Shown: positions 13,866 to 28,234, counted from the first letter of the whole stretch. The stretch: 62,930 nucleotides of DNA, filler included, from Octopus bimaculoides (GCF_001194135.2; 9 parts of 9 records of this genome joined end to end with filler, not necessarily neighbours in it); one strand, 5' to 3'. Numbers and translations: made by a program. Notes: a model not told the origin generated them from the sequence alone.

Positions 13866-15213
13866 GACACACACACGCACACACACACACAATCACACAA
13901 ATGTATATACACGTATGTACAAATTTACTTTTTAATTGTGTCTAAGGGTCATTGTGCCAATGTAAATTTAATCATATATATGTATATATATATATATATA
14001 TATACACACAAGTATATATATATGTATATACATACACACATACACACACACACACACACACACATACACACACATATATATGCAGACACGCACACACACA
14101 CAAGTACATAAATCTAACTACAAAGACAGACACAGACGCATACAAAAATATACACACGTGCACATATATCAAACGTATCATAGGAAGCATGCTTACCTCG
14201 CACTATCGATTTATTCAATTAGCTCTGCATGTTGAATGAGCTGTATCGGATCGGATAAGTAACAGTCATTTTGACGTCACTAAATCTATAGGGAATTCCT
14301 TTGAGTCGTAGTTTAGTTCAGCTTATTCACTTCGATTAACACCTGAAACGGTATCTGTTCGGTATTGAAATTAGATCGTGTTACACTATTTAGGAATTCG
14401 ACTTACAATCAGGTATTTGGTGTCTAGTTACTCCTCAACGAATAGAATAGCAAAAATTGTTTCGAACGAAACTCTAGGAACCGTAATAGAAATTGACGTA
14501 GTTGTTATTGTCGTCTTCGTTGCAGCTGCTTCTGCTTGTATTGTTGATATTCTTATTGATATTTTTTGTTATTCTTGTTGTTGTAAGTATTCTATGTATG
14601 AGAGTGGAGTACTGAATTAATAGATCTCTGAAGAAAACGTTTGCAGTATTTAGTTACATCCCTTTGCGTTTTGGGTCGACTTTGGTTTTCTTTCTTTGGA
14701 AGTCGATAAAATAATGTTCTGCCAATAAAGTTCTGAGATCGATTCAGATGGCTACACCCATCCCATGCAAGAAAAAATGTGGCACTGGCCCAACGTACGA
14801 AATAGTTCTTACTATTTATATAATATACGCGTTGCGAAACAGCATGAATTAGATATATTTTAGAGAAAATACATAGAACTGTGGAAGGTTAACAAAAATG
14901 CCCATCGGAAAGTATTGAAGGTTACAAGAATGTTTAATGCGAACAAATGTGTTTAATGTAATCCAAGTTAGGGAATGCTGTGTGAGAACGTCCTAACACT
15001 GTTTACAGAGTTTGGTATTTCTATATTCTTGAATATCCCTACGTCTGTCCATATTGGTAACTTGTCAATGTTTTTATAGAAACAGTTGTAACAAATCGAT
15101 GGTGCTTGAATAAACGCTGCATAATACATACACACATACATACATACATACATGCATACATACATACATGGTGGTTGCCTACTTCTTATGCAGAGTTTGA
15201 CCACCTATTGTAC

Positions 15214-15506
15214 CTACACCTCAGCGCCATCATGGCATCTGATATGGCTTTCTAAACCAGACAATGTTCTGAAAAGATACCCACATAGTTTGCACCTCCG
15301 ATTTGGATCACCAAGAGCTGAAGATAAGTTCTCATCTTTGTGGATCTTAAAATGTCTTTTGAGGCCTCCGTTAGATTTGCAAACCTTCTGGCATACACTG
15401 CATTCAAAGGTGAGCACAGACATACAGGCAGAATAGTTGGTGGAGGTTCGTTTTCCATGGGTTCGCAAATGAGACACATACATACATACATACATACATA
15501 CATACA

Positions 15507-15540
<34 letters not shown>

Positions 15541-15710
15541 CATGCATACATACTGCACGAGACCTGATTCATCATCATGTGGATTGCGCTACTAAAATCT
15601 TCAAGATAATTTTGCTTTAGGTGTGCCATTCGGAAAGTCTCGCAGTTTTCCCATGACCGATCTAAACAAAGTAGTAATCATTTTGGATTTGGCAATGTTT
15701 TATATTCAAA
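15214..15710 (-). mobile_element. 3' end of an RTE-type LINE with C-terminal C2H2 zinc fingers, interrupted by (TACA)n
   Basis: Two fingers (CSVCQKVCKSNGGLKRHFKIH; CKLCGYLFRTLSGLESHIRCH) and a broken third finger end (VSHLRTH). There is no TGEKP linker, and the upstream frame resembles an RTE C-terminus. Confidence 0.5.
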
Positions 15711-15752
15711 CTGGGAGTTTTAGCTTCCATTAATTTCTTTGCAAGTCTGTTC

Positions 15753-15822
<70 letters not shown>

Positions 15823-16149
15823 GATCTGGACGGATGCTAGTCGCATCGGCTCGCAAGTAAGTTGGCCTTTTATATGTCAAAAATTTTGCAGTTTTAAAAT
15901 ATTTTTTGTGGAAGAGGTGTATAAGTCTATACACTTCGACCCTATTGGGTTTTTGTAATAGGAAGTGGCTCCTTCTGGAGTTTATTTCCAAAAGTTTTTG
16001 ATTTTTCTCCGGCTTATTTGCCATATTTCGTAAAAGAAATATGGCTAGGNNNNNNNNNNNNNNNNNNNNNNNNNNNNNNNNNNNNNNNNNNNNTTAATTA
16101 ATTAANNNNNNNNNNNNNNNNNNNNNNNNNNNNNNNNNNNNNNNNNNNN

Positions 16150-16182
<33 letters not shown>

Positions 16183-16414
16183 AAGAGTTAGAATTCCAAG
16201 ATATATGTTGAATAAAAACAAGGTGACTGGAATAAGTACCTATCTTTTACTACAAACGCCATTATTCACAATTTGCCCCGTGTTTTCGTGTATGAATTAC
16301 CTAGATCGTTCAAAGTTCATTTTATACTGTAACTACTCCCAGAAACGCTTACGAACACTTCTTTACAAATACACTCACACACAGGCAACAACGCTCATAT
16401 GTATACACACATAT

Positions 16415-16446
<32 letters not shown>

Positions 16447-18112
16447 AGTTTGTATGTACGTATATATGAATATATATACTTATACGTATATACACATGCA
16501 TATATATATATCCATGTATATATATATATATCATATGTGTACATATGTGTGTTAATAGAAGTTTGTTACGATACATAAATGCGAAACTTTAAATCCCTAT
16601 CAGCTGGATAGTTAACACATTTTCTTAGCAATGTTGAAGTTCCACGTTCGAACACACTGGGATATTTTTTTTTTTTTGTCAACCTTATTCACGACGCAAC
16701 CCAATCCTTTTACTAATAATGTGTATTAGGAAATTGAAAAAATTACGAACAAACTCTATGCAAATTCCATTTTGCATACGGTCAGTCAGGTGTCAGTCTG
16801 TCTTTTGTATACTCAGTTTACTACACTCCTATTTAAAATGCTTCTTTTTCAGTTAGATTAGCATAGCGATGTACGTATCTAACGGTTGATTCTTGTCTTC
16901 ACCTTCTTTGTTTCGTTATTTTCTGTCTGAAAGAAATCGTCTACGATTCGTTCTGGAGAAGGATGATCTCCATGCGTTTTAATATGACAAAGGTACGCCA
17001 TAGATATGAAAGTGTCCGTACCATTACGTCAAGACATATGGGACATTGGTACAACACCTTGAAATTTCTTGAATCCCTCTCCATTTGTCCAAAGTGTTTA
17101 AAATACCTATCTGTAATGTACTTAACTACATTTTATAGATACAAATTTTGAAAAGGTTGATCTGACTTTGCATAAATTAACCGGAATTAACTATGTGGAA
17201 ACAAAATATTGTTGACATGGGCAAGCTCCCATGTAAGGAATTTCATTGGTAGATACCATATGTGGCCATATCTAAAGTAACTTGTGTAATTTTTGTCAGA
17301 ACCGCTTTGAAATGTCTGTCTACAAGTAGATCTTTATTTTTTTTTATTTTTTTTTTATTTTACAAACATTTTATTCAATGATTACCTTTGAGATTTATTG
17401 CTTGTCATGTCGAAAATGACTTGCGAATGACTAAATGTGTCATAAGATTTCATTTTAATCATGAAATGCCACGTTATCCATAATGTACACCTTCTTATAC
17501 AACATCACCTGCAATTGTGCGTTTTTGAAAATCAATTATTCAAATTCCTGCTTGATAGCAACTTTATACCTATACCTCTCAAGAAATGAATTCCCAATTT
17601 CCAATTATTTACTGCTAGCATCAGAGATTCAAACGGAATTCTTGACGTTAAAATTGAAATGTGAAAAAGTTTAATGATTCGTGTGAGTTCTTTTCAGGTA
17701 CAAAGCAGTTTCTGTGTACAACAAAGAACAGTTTCAGTAGATCTGTTTCTTCAAGAATTTAATAAGTTTTAGGTTGTGAAAATATATATTTCTGGCTAGG
17801 CATCAATACACAATATTTGAAGTTGGATTGTTGCTCCTTATGAATAGACAATAATTTTTTTGAATTTGAACATCACAAAACAAGTTGTGCTTATTTTTCC
17901 AGAGAATTTAATTTCGATTTCGTATTTAGTAGTTTCGACAAGGGATGAAATAACAAAGTATAATCATATAGATTTCCACACAAACACACCCACCCTCGAA
18001 CACACACACACATATGTAGCTGTGCATAGCTGAATGGGTGAGGATATTAAGAACCCCCATAAATCGGCAAACATATTAAATTCCAGGACAAAAGTCTTCG
18101 GACCTTGCTTAC

Positions 18113-18276
18113 ATTTCTGGAGAGTCCCGATGAATTCCTGGGACCCGCAAGCTGACAGGGTGGACTCCGCATAGGGAAAACATTCTTGCTCTCTACCCTT
18201 GTATTTTGTCTGTATTCAACAACTTGGCACGAAGTCTTTCCTTTCTCCACTTTTTCCATTGCGGTCTGACAAGCCG
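18113..18276 (-). other. Candidate isolated exon (164 nt), unidentified
   Basis: Acceptor cacttcacttacag, donor AAAT|gtaagc, and an open frame (ACQTAMEKVEKGKTSCQVVEYRQNTRVESKNVFPMRSPPCQLAGPRNSSGLSRN). GC is raised over the flanks. No homology recognised. Confidence 0.25.
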
Positions 18277-18328
18277 CTGTAAGTGAAGTGCGTTATGGAC
18301 GCGAAACCCATAAACCGGCCATAACTAA

Positions 18329-18395
<67 letters not shown>

Positions 18396-18416
18396 TATGT
18401 ATATATATATATATAA

Positions 18417-18684
18417 TTTTTTCAGAATTAGATAAAAAAACCAAGGCCGTGAAGATTTTAGGCCATTTATAAATAAAATGTCTTACACCAGTTTCCAGGA
18501 TATTTTTTATATCCCTTCATCGGATACGGTGTGTGAAAATTAATTATTGCTTAACCGTCTCCTCACACCGTCTCCCATGAAGGGATATAATAAATATCCT
18601 GGAAACAGGTGTAAGACCTTCTATTTATAAATGTTCTAAAATCTTCACAGCCTTGGGTTTTTTTTATCTAATTCTGGAAAAAAA
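18417..18684. mobile_element. Fold-back MITE with about 110-bp inverted arms
   Basis: ttcagaattagataaaaaaaccaaggccgtgaagattttag...gtcttacaccagtttccaggatatt...atatcccttcat is mirrored by atgaagggatat...aatatcctggaaacaggtgtaagac...aaaatcttcacagccttgggttttttatctaattctgg. Confidence 0.85.
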
Positions 18685-18830
18685 GTTCATAGATACACAC
18701 AATGATATATGACCTACGTTGGACTCCTTATTCGCACAACCACCGATCCTGAAGCTTAACTATGGTCTATCCATGGTACTTACTACGCATTACCTGACAA
18801 CTTTGGGTCTTACTGACACCACTTCCTATT

Positions 18831-18907
<77 letters not shown>

Positions 18908-19752
18908 NNNNNNNNNNNNNNNNNNNNNNNNNNNNNNNNNNNNNNNNNNNNNNNNNNNNNNNNNNNNNNNNNNNNNNNNNNNNNNNNNNNNNNNNNNNNN
19001 NNNNNNNNNNNNNNNNNNNNNNNNNNNNNNNNNNNNNNNNNNNNNNNNNNNNNNNNNNNNNNNNNNNNNNNNNNNNNNNNNNNNNNNNNNNNNNNNNNNN
19101 NNNNNNNNNNNNNNNNNNNNNNNNNNNNNNNNNNNNNNNNNNNNNNNNNNNNNNNNNNNNNNNNNNNNNNNNNNNNNNNNNNNNNNNNNNNNNNNNNNNN
19201 NNNNNNNNNNNNNNNNNNNNNNNNNNNNNNNNNNNNNNNNNNNNNNNNNNNNNNNNNNNNNNNNNNNNNNNNNNNNNNNNNNNNNNNNNNNNNNNNNNNN
19301 NNNNNNNNNNNNNNNNNNNNNNNNNNNNNNNNNNNNNNNNNNNNNNNNNNNNNNNNNNNNNNNNNNNNNNNNNNNNNNNNNNNNNNNNNNNNNNNNNNNN
19401 NNNNNNNNNNNNNNNNNNNNNNNNNNNNNNNNNNNNNNNNNNNNNNNNNNNNNNNNNNNNNNNNNNNNNNNNNNNNNNNNNNNNNNNNNNNNNNNNNNNN
19501 NNNNNNNNNNNNNNNNNNNNNNNNNNNNNNNNNNNNNNNNNNNNNNNNNNNNNNNNNNNNNNNNNNNNNNNNNNNNNNNNNNNNNNNNNNNNNNNNNNNN
19601 NNNNNNNNNNNNNNNNNNNNNNNNNNNNNNNNNNNNNNNNNNNNNNNNNNNNNNNNNNNNNNNNNNNNNNNNNNNNNNNNNNNNNNNNNNNNNNNNNNNN
19701 NNNNNNNNNNNNNNNNNNNNNNNNNNNNNNNNNNNNNNNNNNNNNNTATATA

Positions 19753-19788
<36 letters not shown>

Positions 19789-22094
19789 TGTATCGGTGGA
19801 GGAGAAAGATAGACAGAAAATTCGACTTGAGTTACGCAGCATCTTACACATAGCTGTCTCTGAAATATAACAATAGGTTCACCAATGTACATATCATCTC
19901 CAGTTTTGGTTATTCTATTATTCGCTGAGAACAAGATCTTTTTAACATAACTATTGTAACAATATATACGAGTACTTTAATCTGAACTGGATGTTGAGGA
20001 TTTTGTCAAAGGGTTCGTTTCGTATTGAATTGAATTTGTATTCGGTTCCATTTCACGCCAGTAGAGTTTCGAGTCAATGAAATGTTAATGGTAAAACAGG
20101 ATAAGCAGAAACTTTTCAGAATCAATCAGAACTCGTCACTCAGTTCAACTGACACACGTGATCCTGAACTCTAGGTACTGAAATTCATCTGAAATTCATC
20201 TGCTGTAACCAGTATATGTCTACAGTCTGGACATTTATGTGACATTTTTGCAACCCATTCTCCGCGGACGACTTTTCCATTTCCACTTACTCCATTCATG
20301 CGTACTTTCCTTTCTTCTCGGACGAAGCCACACATACCCGCACGTAGGAACACAAACGCACACGCATAAATAGACGCCGAAAATCCCACACACTCATACA
20401 CCTAAAAATCATACACTCATGCAAACGCACACATGCACAAAATGCACACACGCACCAAACAACATAAGAACACTTTTATATTTCCTTAGCATTTGAATTT
20501 TTGCTCTGTCCATAAATTTCAAAAAAAAAAACTGTTTTTGCTTTTTCTTTTCTGGTAAATCGCCGGCATGTTAGTTTAGATAAGAAATATCAATATATGA
20601 AATATATTGAGTTTCTGATGTAGGAAAATCTTCACTCTCAAACTTGTTAAAGCCTTTGTAAAATGTCCTAGAAAAAAGTTTTATAAGCATAGCGCAATAG
20701 CTATTTAGTGTTTGAAGCTGTCTTTATCAGTTGTTTTTCTGCCGTTGAATATGTGAAGTGGTAACATATAGAAACGGATACATTAGTTACTACTTGTAAT
20801 ATATAGACATAATACGGCTTTCAGTTGAATATATTTAAAACCAAAGAATTTAAAATTGACATTGTCATTCGTTCTGTATTTTTAAATGAAGCGAACTTCC
20901 TTTACTTTTGCTTGCAATTGACTTTGTAACAACCTGATACACATTCATAATCCAAGCTTTGTATATTTATGATATTCTGTATTGGAAGAAATTTCATTTT
21001 CAAACTTTCTTGGTGAATAGGCAATTTGAAGTAGGTGTCATTTTTCCCGCTTACATACTGGCTTTCCCTTTAGATGAGAGTGTCATCGTTTAGGGTGCAT
21101 TTCTTTTCACTTCAGATTACTGACAGGCTTCAGAATGTCATGCATTATCCAGTTACTATTCTATATTCGTTTAACTCAAATACTTATAAGCTCTTAATAA
21201 TAGATACACTTTATTTAGAAATACTGAAAAATAATCGATCCTAATTGTACAGATAAATAATTCACATACTAAGCCCAAAGTCAGAAATAATTTACCAACA
21301 GAATTTTTTTTTCTGTTGAAAGAATATCTATATAATTGCGATGTACATGCACGTACACGTTCCATATTTACATTCTCTTCTCCAGGAAATATATACACTT
21401 GTATCGAGTCAAAGTGTTATATATACAAGCATTTTGCAAATAATTAGAATAATTATTGAAAGGACGCCAAATATATTTCACTGAGTTCAGTAATGTAGTT
21501 TCCAAGTCATAGTGAAATACTGCCACCGATTTAACTTTAAGTATTGTAAAAGTGCTGATGTATAAATCATGCAGAAATTGATACTGTTGAACTTCTTGCT
21601 TAGTTCCAAGCCAGTACTCCTCAACTGATTCGATGAAGTCTGATTTCAATAGATAAAGACAAAAAAAAAATGGTAAACTGTGATGCATGAAATATTTGTC
21701 GGTAATATCTGGCAGAACGAACAAGTCCCAGATAATCGTGCATTGGCGCGCCTTTCTGAAGTCAATCAAACTGTGGATGTTTTCGAGATTCAAATCTAAA
21801 ATTTCTTATGAGAAATAAAACATACTGAAGATGTTACATTATCAAATTAGCATTTTGGTTGAGATTTCGCTTTATTTCGCTACAAGAAACTACGTAGTCC
21901 GTCTCCATGTTAACAATCATGGCTGACGTAGTCCTAGATACACAAGTTCGGAGAGAAATACAACATTGATTTAGCTGGAAAGTCTTTCATCCTATATTTG
22001 GTTACATGATGTGCACCAGGTGAGTTCACTTGTTGAAGGTCAACCAAATACGATAACAACAATACAGTAGACATAACTGAAAGTGAGAGGTTGG

Positions 22095-22164
22095 ACTCGG
22101 CTGCATGTTTTATCTCTCCACTGTAATATACTCGGCTGCATGTTTTATCTCTCCACTGTAATAT
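22095..22164. repeat. Perfect 35-bp tandem duplication
   Basis: actcggctgcatgttttatctctccactgtaatat occurs twice (22095-22129 and 22130-22164). Confidence 0.9.
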
Positions 22165-25100
22165 AATACAATGAATTCCACATCATTTGCTTTATATTAG
22201 AAACGGTTGACACGAAATTTATTTCTTCTGTCCAACTTACAGGACATTTTAATTAAAGTCATTGAACGATTATAAATATATTTATTAGCATGTAGTGCAA
22301 GAATGATTATACGGGCGTAAAAATATACTTCCTCAAAATTTTACTCTAGATTTAAATTAGATAGAAATGACCGCGAAAGACTAAGTGAACTACACTCTTG
22401 TTCCTTGGTTGAAAATTTGTTTCGTATTTAATTATATCAGAAAACCAACAATCTCTTGCCAAACGTCAAATAAGTTATGTAGAACAATATAATTTTGATG
22501 TTATTGCTGTCGAAATTAGCCATATTGAAGCATACCGATAAAAATGTTCTTGTAGTAAATGTGTATTTTATATATAGGACTATGTTGGCTAGTGTGTCCT
22601 TTACGGTTTAAAAAGGTAAAATACGATTTGTGAACATTTAACAACTATTATTGGGAGGTCAGAAGATTACGTATTAGCTTCCCTTTGAGGACAGTGACAG
22701 TTGTTGGCATGGTCATTGATAATAGTGGTGCTAATAGAGATGATGAAAACTACAAAGATGGCGCAAATTTTTCTGTAATATTAAAGTATAAGCTTATTCT
22801 AAGCAGCTTCTACAATTATAGAATTTTGGGGAAATTTACACTGCGACTTCATTTGGACCCAGATTAAATTATGTGCATGTAGTTTATGTTAAAATGAACA
22901 AATAATAATATTTTCTGAGTGTCGTGTTGATAACATTAATCATACAGTAAATGAATGTATTCTTTTAATTATTTCAATTATATGACTGCGTACGTATTGG
23001 CGGAGAAGCATCCAACCAGCATCAGAAGTGGAATCCTCATAAGCCCTCCTCAATTAGTGTTGAATACATGACACAATGGATGAATTGTACAAAAACATTT
23101 TTTCGTTTGGAAGTTACAATTAAATGGTGAGAACAGAAGAAACACTTTTGCTCATGTAAACTTCGGGGAACAACTCTAAAAGTGAGCAACACATTGTTTA
23201 TCAAAATATCTCAACTTCATTGCGATCTGCTGCACATGGAGAAAACGTTTCTGTCATATCACCAACAGAAAACCTTGAAGACATACACTTGAGTTTTGAG
23301 CTAGGTTTCAGAAAAAGCAATTAAACCTTGCTTAAAATGAGCATTAAAAATAAGTTCCTACATGTTGACTACTGCTAGAGGTTGCAACGTGAATGTTCAT
23401 CCAATGTTAACAAGCGAAAGAGTTCCAAGTGAAGTTTCCAAGCGGAAAGAGCTAGATTTTAGGTGTTGAACCTAAAATGAACACATCGAGATTTTGCTAA
23501 AATCTTACCTTTCACTTGCATTTGTGCCATTTTAATATGCTATATAACATACCAAATTCATTTTTATTACTTTCACTTCGCCCTAGATTTATCTATAACT
23601 TATGACATATTCTACCATTAAATTGTAAGAAAAATATAAAGTAATGGAAAAGGCGATTTTTATTTTTTCATATTTGGAATTAGCATCAGAACACAATATA
23701 GAGTAACATACATTTATGAAAGCGAGTTTAAAGAAATCCATTTCGAATGCCTGTGCAATTAGTCTATTTGAATTTCTGTGACTTCGGATTAGAAATTGAC
23801 GGCTTCACCAGAATCCGTGAAATACTTAGAACACTTGCATTAAAAACTACCAACCTGCGTTGTATAGTCCTTAGTAGTAATATATTTGACTAAATATAAA
23901 CAATGCACCCAGAAAAGTATCAATAGAATACTATCATGTATTACAATATAAGAATTACGACCTCATTGATCCTACCAAAATTAAAAATTACTCACGACTG
24001 AATACTATCACTTAATGCAGTAGATGATTGATATTCCAGGAATTCTAGATAATTATTGATTGTGTTCGTTATGATGTTCATTTGTATCTAAAATAAAGGG
24101 GAAATACGTCAATATATATATATATATATATATATANNNNNNNNNNGATCAAAATTCAAGTCTATAAAGAAATATAATTTCACTAATGAATATTACTTCA
24201 TTTTAATTTGGCCGAAGTACTAATTTCGAGTATATGGGTTAGAGTCGATCGATTATACTTCAATATACTTCAATATAATATATTATACTTCAATATAATA
24301 TTGGTATTTATATCTACAACATTGGAATATTGACATTAAAATCACATATTAGCGTATATTTAAAATCAGCTGATTGAAATCAAATGATATTAGCTGCTCT
24401 ATTATATTAATCAAATTACTATACTTTTAACCAAATAAAGTAAATATCTACACTCGCAATTCAGATGGATAGTTATGAACTTGGGAATTGCCTTGTGACA
24501 TTTAATTACAGCTTTTATAAGTTTCACTGCAATTCATATGTAAAAATATCAGGGCCGCTAAAATTAAAGTATATTTCAAGTACTGAAGTCTATAGCATCA
24601 AATATCCAACCTCTCCTAAACGAGTATGGGCCATGCGCCTAAAATGGATCATATTATTGTTGTCGATACTGTGTAAAGCTATTATACGCTACTTTAGTTA
24701 ACAAGGAAGCTGCATTGGAGTTTCGTGACAACAAACTTTCATGTATCTCAAGAAACTTTCTGGGGTTCTTGCAGAATACACGACTGCATATTTCTCTAGG
24801 TGGACATTGCCTCTTTGAATTCCAATACTCTTCAGCCTCTTGGGTAGTAACAATATTTGTTACAATCGCCTCACTGCATACAACATAATTTTTCTAACTC
24901 GAAATCGCTTTGTGTTTAATGATCACCTACCTGCTTCCTTTCCTGGTAGCTAGAGCTTGTTGGTTTTACTTTTAGTGTAGTACGTGTTGTCCATAGAGAG
25001 CAATTTTATAGCTCTTTCCTATGTTAGATATACTTATACTTTTATCCATTTTTGAAAATGGAAAATGTATGTAAATACTCGCAGGATCAATTTATTCATT

Positions 25101-25374
25101 GCTTTGAAATTATGCCTTACATATATTTTTGTTTCGAGTAACATTTTAATCCTAGTCTCGTACTCTCTACAGACTTGTTCACCTTCTATTTGCCTATCGT
25201 CTTGAAACACCCATAGGGAATCGTATCCCACATTATTTCCCAGCGCTCTAATAATATAATCTTATATCATGAAATTACGGTCACTGTTTTTATTATTAAA
25301 CAGAGAGAAACAAAAGAGAACAAAAAGAGACCATAACATTGTAGAGAGAACTATAATTTAAAATTATATATGGT

Positions 25375-25620
25375 GAGGGTGCATGGCATAGTGGTCGAAG
25401 AGTTGCATTCACGACCGCAAAGCCGTAGGTTCACTTGTTGCTGGTTTTCTTAAGCAAAGCATTTCATTTCACGTTCCTCTACAATCACTTCGACATCTGA
25501 TCTGTGGCACACCATGCACCTGTACAGGCAATGCCGGTTTGAAGGAGCGAGTGAGCGAATGTACATCGCAAATATTTGATCAGCACAGAAGTTTGTTCAG
25601 TAAGAACCTGCAGAACCTTT
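25375..25620 (+). mobile_element. Degenerate tRNA-derived SINE
   Basis: Head gcatggcatagtggtcgaagag...gtaggttcac followed by aagcaaagcatttcatttcacgtt. Confidence 0.5.
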
Positions 25621-25949
25621 CTGTTTTTTTTTTCGGACGGGAGGGACTACCATTGGATATAAATAGCGACATATTAATTGCTGGTTGGGATATATACCTA
25701 TAAACATACGCTACACATTCATACACCACATACATACATACAGGTGCGCACTGATATATATATNNNNNNNNNNNNNNNNNNNNNNNNNNNNNNNNNNNNN
25801 NNNNNNNNNNNNNNNNNNNNNNNNNNNNNNNNNNNNNNNNNNNNNNNNNNNNNNNNNNNNNNNNNNNNNNNNNNNNNNNNNNNNNNNNNNNNNNNNNNNN
25901 NNATATAACGAATATGCATATATATATATATATATATATAATACATATA

Positions 25950-26097
25950 TACGGGGGATAGTGCTGAAGAGTTCATTGCTCTAAGATTGTCGTGAAGGAC
26001 CAAATCTTTTGAGTTCTTTTACAAGGCATAGAAAATCTGAATCTTTCTGCACTATCTTTTACCTAAAGCAGGAAACTCTACAGCACCGCCTTGCATA
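25950..26097. mobile_element. Mariner-type MITE relic
   Basis: Left end tacggggg..gtgctgaagagttc, right end ggaaactctacagcaccgccttgca. A cleaner right TIR of the same type (ccaggaacttttcagtacccctcgta) is at about 34832-34861. Confidence 0.5.
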
Positions 26098-26607
26098 ATG
26101 GGTACGAATATGACAAATGGCGTACATAGTAGTAGAATGATTATTATATAACAAAATATTTATTCACGTAATGTACTTATACACACGTGTGTATACATAT
26201 GCAAGCGCATTTTTAATATTTTTATGGACTTGATGATATACTGGTGCACATTATAAAATAACAATTATTTCTTCAGATACTATTGTTATGGATGTATTCC
26301 CTTTCACATTTCCTACTTTACTAACTAACAGCACTTAAGATTATTTAAAAGACATTTCTTGAAATGGAAATACATGCCTAAGCATGCAAGCAAATCGTTA
26401 ATTACATATCAGTGATTAAGTACAGCGCAGCATTGGCTCGGCTGTTAACACTACTTAAACGAGATAATTAATATTAGAGGAATTGAATGAAAATGCAAAT
26501 GCAGCGAAAGACTTACAACGCGCGCTCTAGAGTGTGTGCGTTTGTGTCTGTAGGTATGCATATGTATATATATGTATCGATCTATATTCAAATATATACC
26601 TAACTGT

Positions 26608-26670
<63 letters not shown>

Positions 26671-28234
26671 GTATTTGTTTTTGTTATGCTTCTATATATA
26701 GTGGACAATGTAATGTACACATGTTAAAGACGTATGATTTTTGCTGCTGTTGCTGTTGTTAATATTCGTTTTGATAGTGCTGTTGCTGTTAATAGCTGTA
26801 CTATCGTTAATCTAGCTCCTGTTATTTGTACCAAGAATAATACTACTTTCTTCTAATATCGAGGTCTCCATTACGATGCTGTTAAATGACAGAACGAACA
26901 TTATATGTTGGAAATGGATGCGAGTCGGTTTAAATTCGTTACTATATTTACTTAGTATATATGGTTGTTTCAAATACCTCTAAGTTCTTTTTTGTCTTTT
27001 GACCATCTGGGATCAATAGAAGATGTATAAGTAATCAACTGCTATTCGAATACAACGGCTGCACAGCTGTACTTGTCTTCCGACTCAGAAAATTCTGATT
27101 GTCCCAGAGTTAATATTTAACTTTAGAAGCAATAACAATTTTCGGAGATGGAGGGTGGTTAGAGCTATGCCGACGTATTAATGTAGCAGGTGATTGTTTT
27201 TAATACCGATGTGACAGAAATTGTAGAATGTGGGACTATATACTTTGTAATGTAGTGGCATAAATCGGCTACCGCATACTCTCATTTTCTTTTTTGGAAA
27301 TACAGCAAAAACTATTGATATGAATACTAATCGAAATATCTAAGGTTTGACATTAGATGTATGATGGGCAGCCAACAGACCAAATTATTGATTCTGGTAA
27401 TTTACGAGTACTTTATTATTACCAACACAACCCAACAGAATGAAAGTAAAAGTTAGCAGGAAGGACATATGTTAGGACAAACAAATGATCATTGATATTG
27501 TCTCTATGCTAATATAAATTTAGGAAAATAATAGATTATAAATTAGAACATTAAATAATGGTAAGAACCGGTTATATATGTCATGAATTATAATAAATGA
27601 ACCCTAAACCGAAATAAATATGACAATGATAAAGATTGCATAAATATTCAACATGAAGAAGTAATGAGAAGCAACAAAATAAAAATGAGATTAACTGAAA
27701 GTATTGAAATGCCGCGATATAAGACTTTCCAAGACGCGCAAAGGGTCGGAACCGAACTGCACGCGAGCTTGCAGTGTCTGAGCGTTGTTGATTTGTGGTG
27801 GTCGGCAGCAATCGCGTGTAGAAAAAAATCTGGTTATCGACTGCGTGTATCGTGAAGGTAACCCCTTCAATCGCCAATACGAAGGAGGACATTGAGTGTC
27901 TCTGTGAAGTGGTTATGACGATAAGTTAGTGGTGGGAAAAATTGAAAGGATTGAAGTTATAAGTCTCTTCGGTCAGGCACTCGTCAACTTTTTAAGGTTC
28001 CACAGGGAAACGATAGTGCATATAGAGCAATGTTCCCTCTTCCTGCATTATTCATGCGTTCATATATATATATATATATATATCTATACTTTGTATACGT
28101 TCTTAATCTCATTTACCCCCTCTTCTGCCTTTCTTCCCCGAGTACTTTATGTAAAACACCACACAAATAATAAAGAGTCATAATATTCCTCTAAACTGAT
28201 GAGCCTGTAACAAATAGAAAACCTCATCCCACAT

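Noticed and set aside
14272-14279. CRE palindrome TGACGTCA
   Set aside because: About one occurrence is expected by chance in 63 kb, and there is no promoter context.
18262-18315. Hairpin GCGT-TATGG-ACGC followed by GAAAC, resembling hammerhead helix II
   Set aside because: The upstream core is GUGAAGU (two mismatches), and neither helix I nor helix III can form.
21368-21793. 141-aa minus-strand ORF with a plausible acceptor near 21645
   Set aside because: There is no convincing donor or recognisable homology. The opposite strand resembles an RTE fragment (IWQNEQVPD), so the open frame is probably incidental.
28196-28225. CTGATGA...GAAA motif (similar ones near 54816 and 57133)
   Set aside because: Helix II, helix I and the NUH site do not pair up, so these look like chance core matches.
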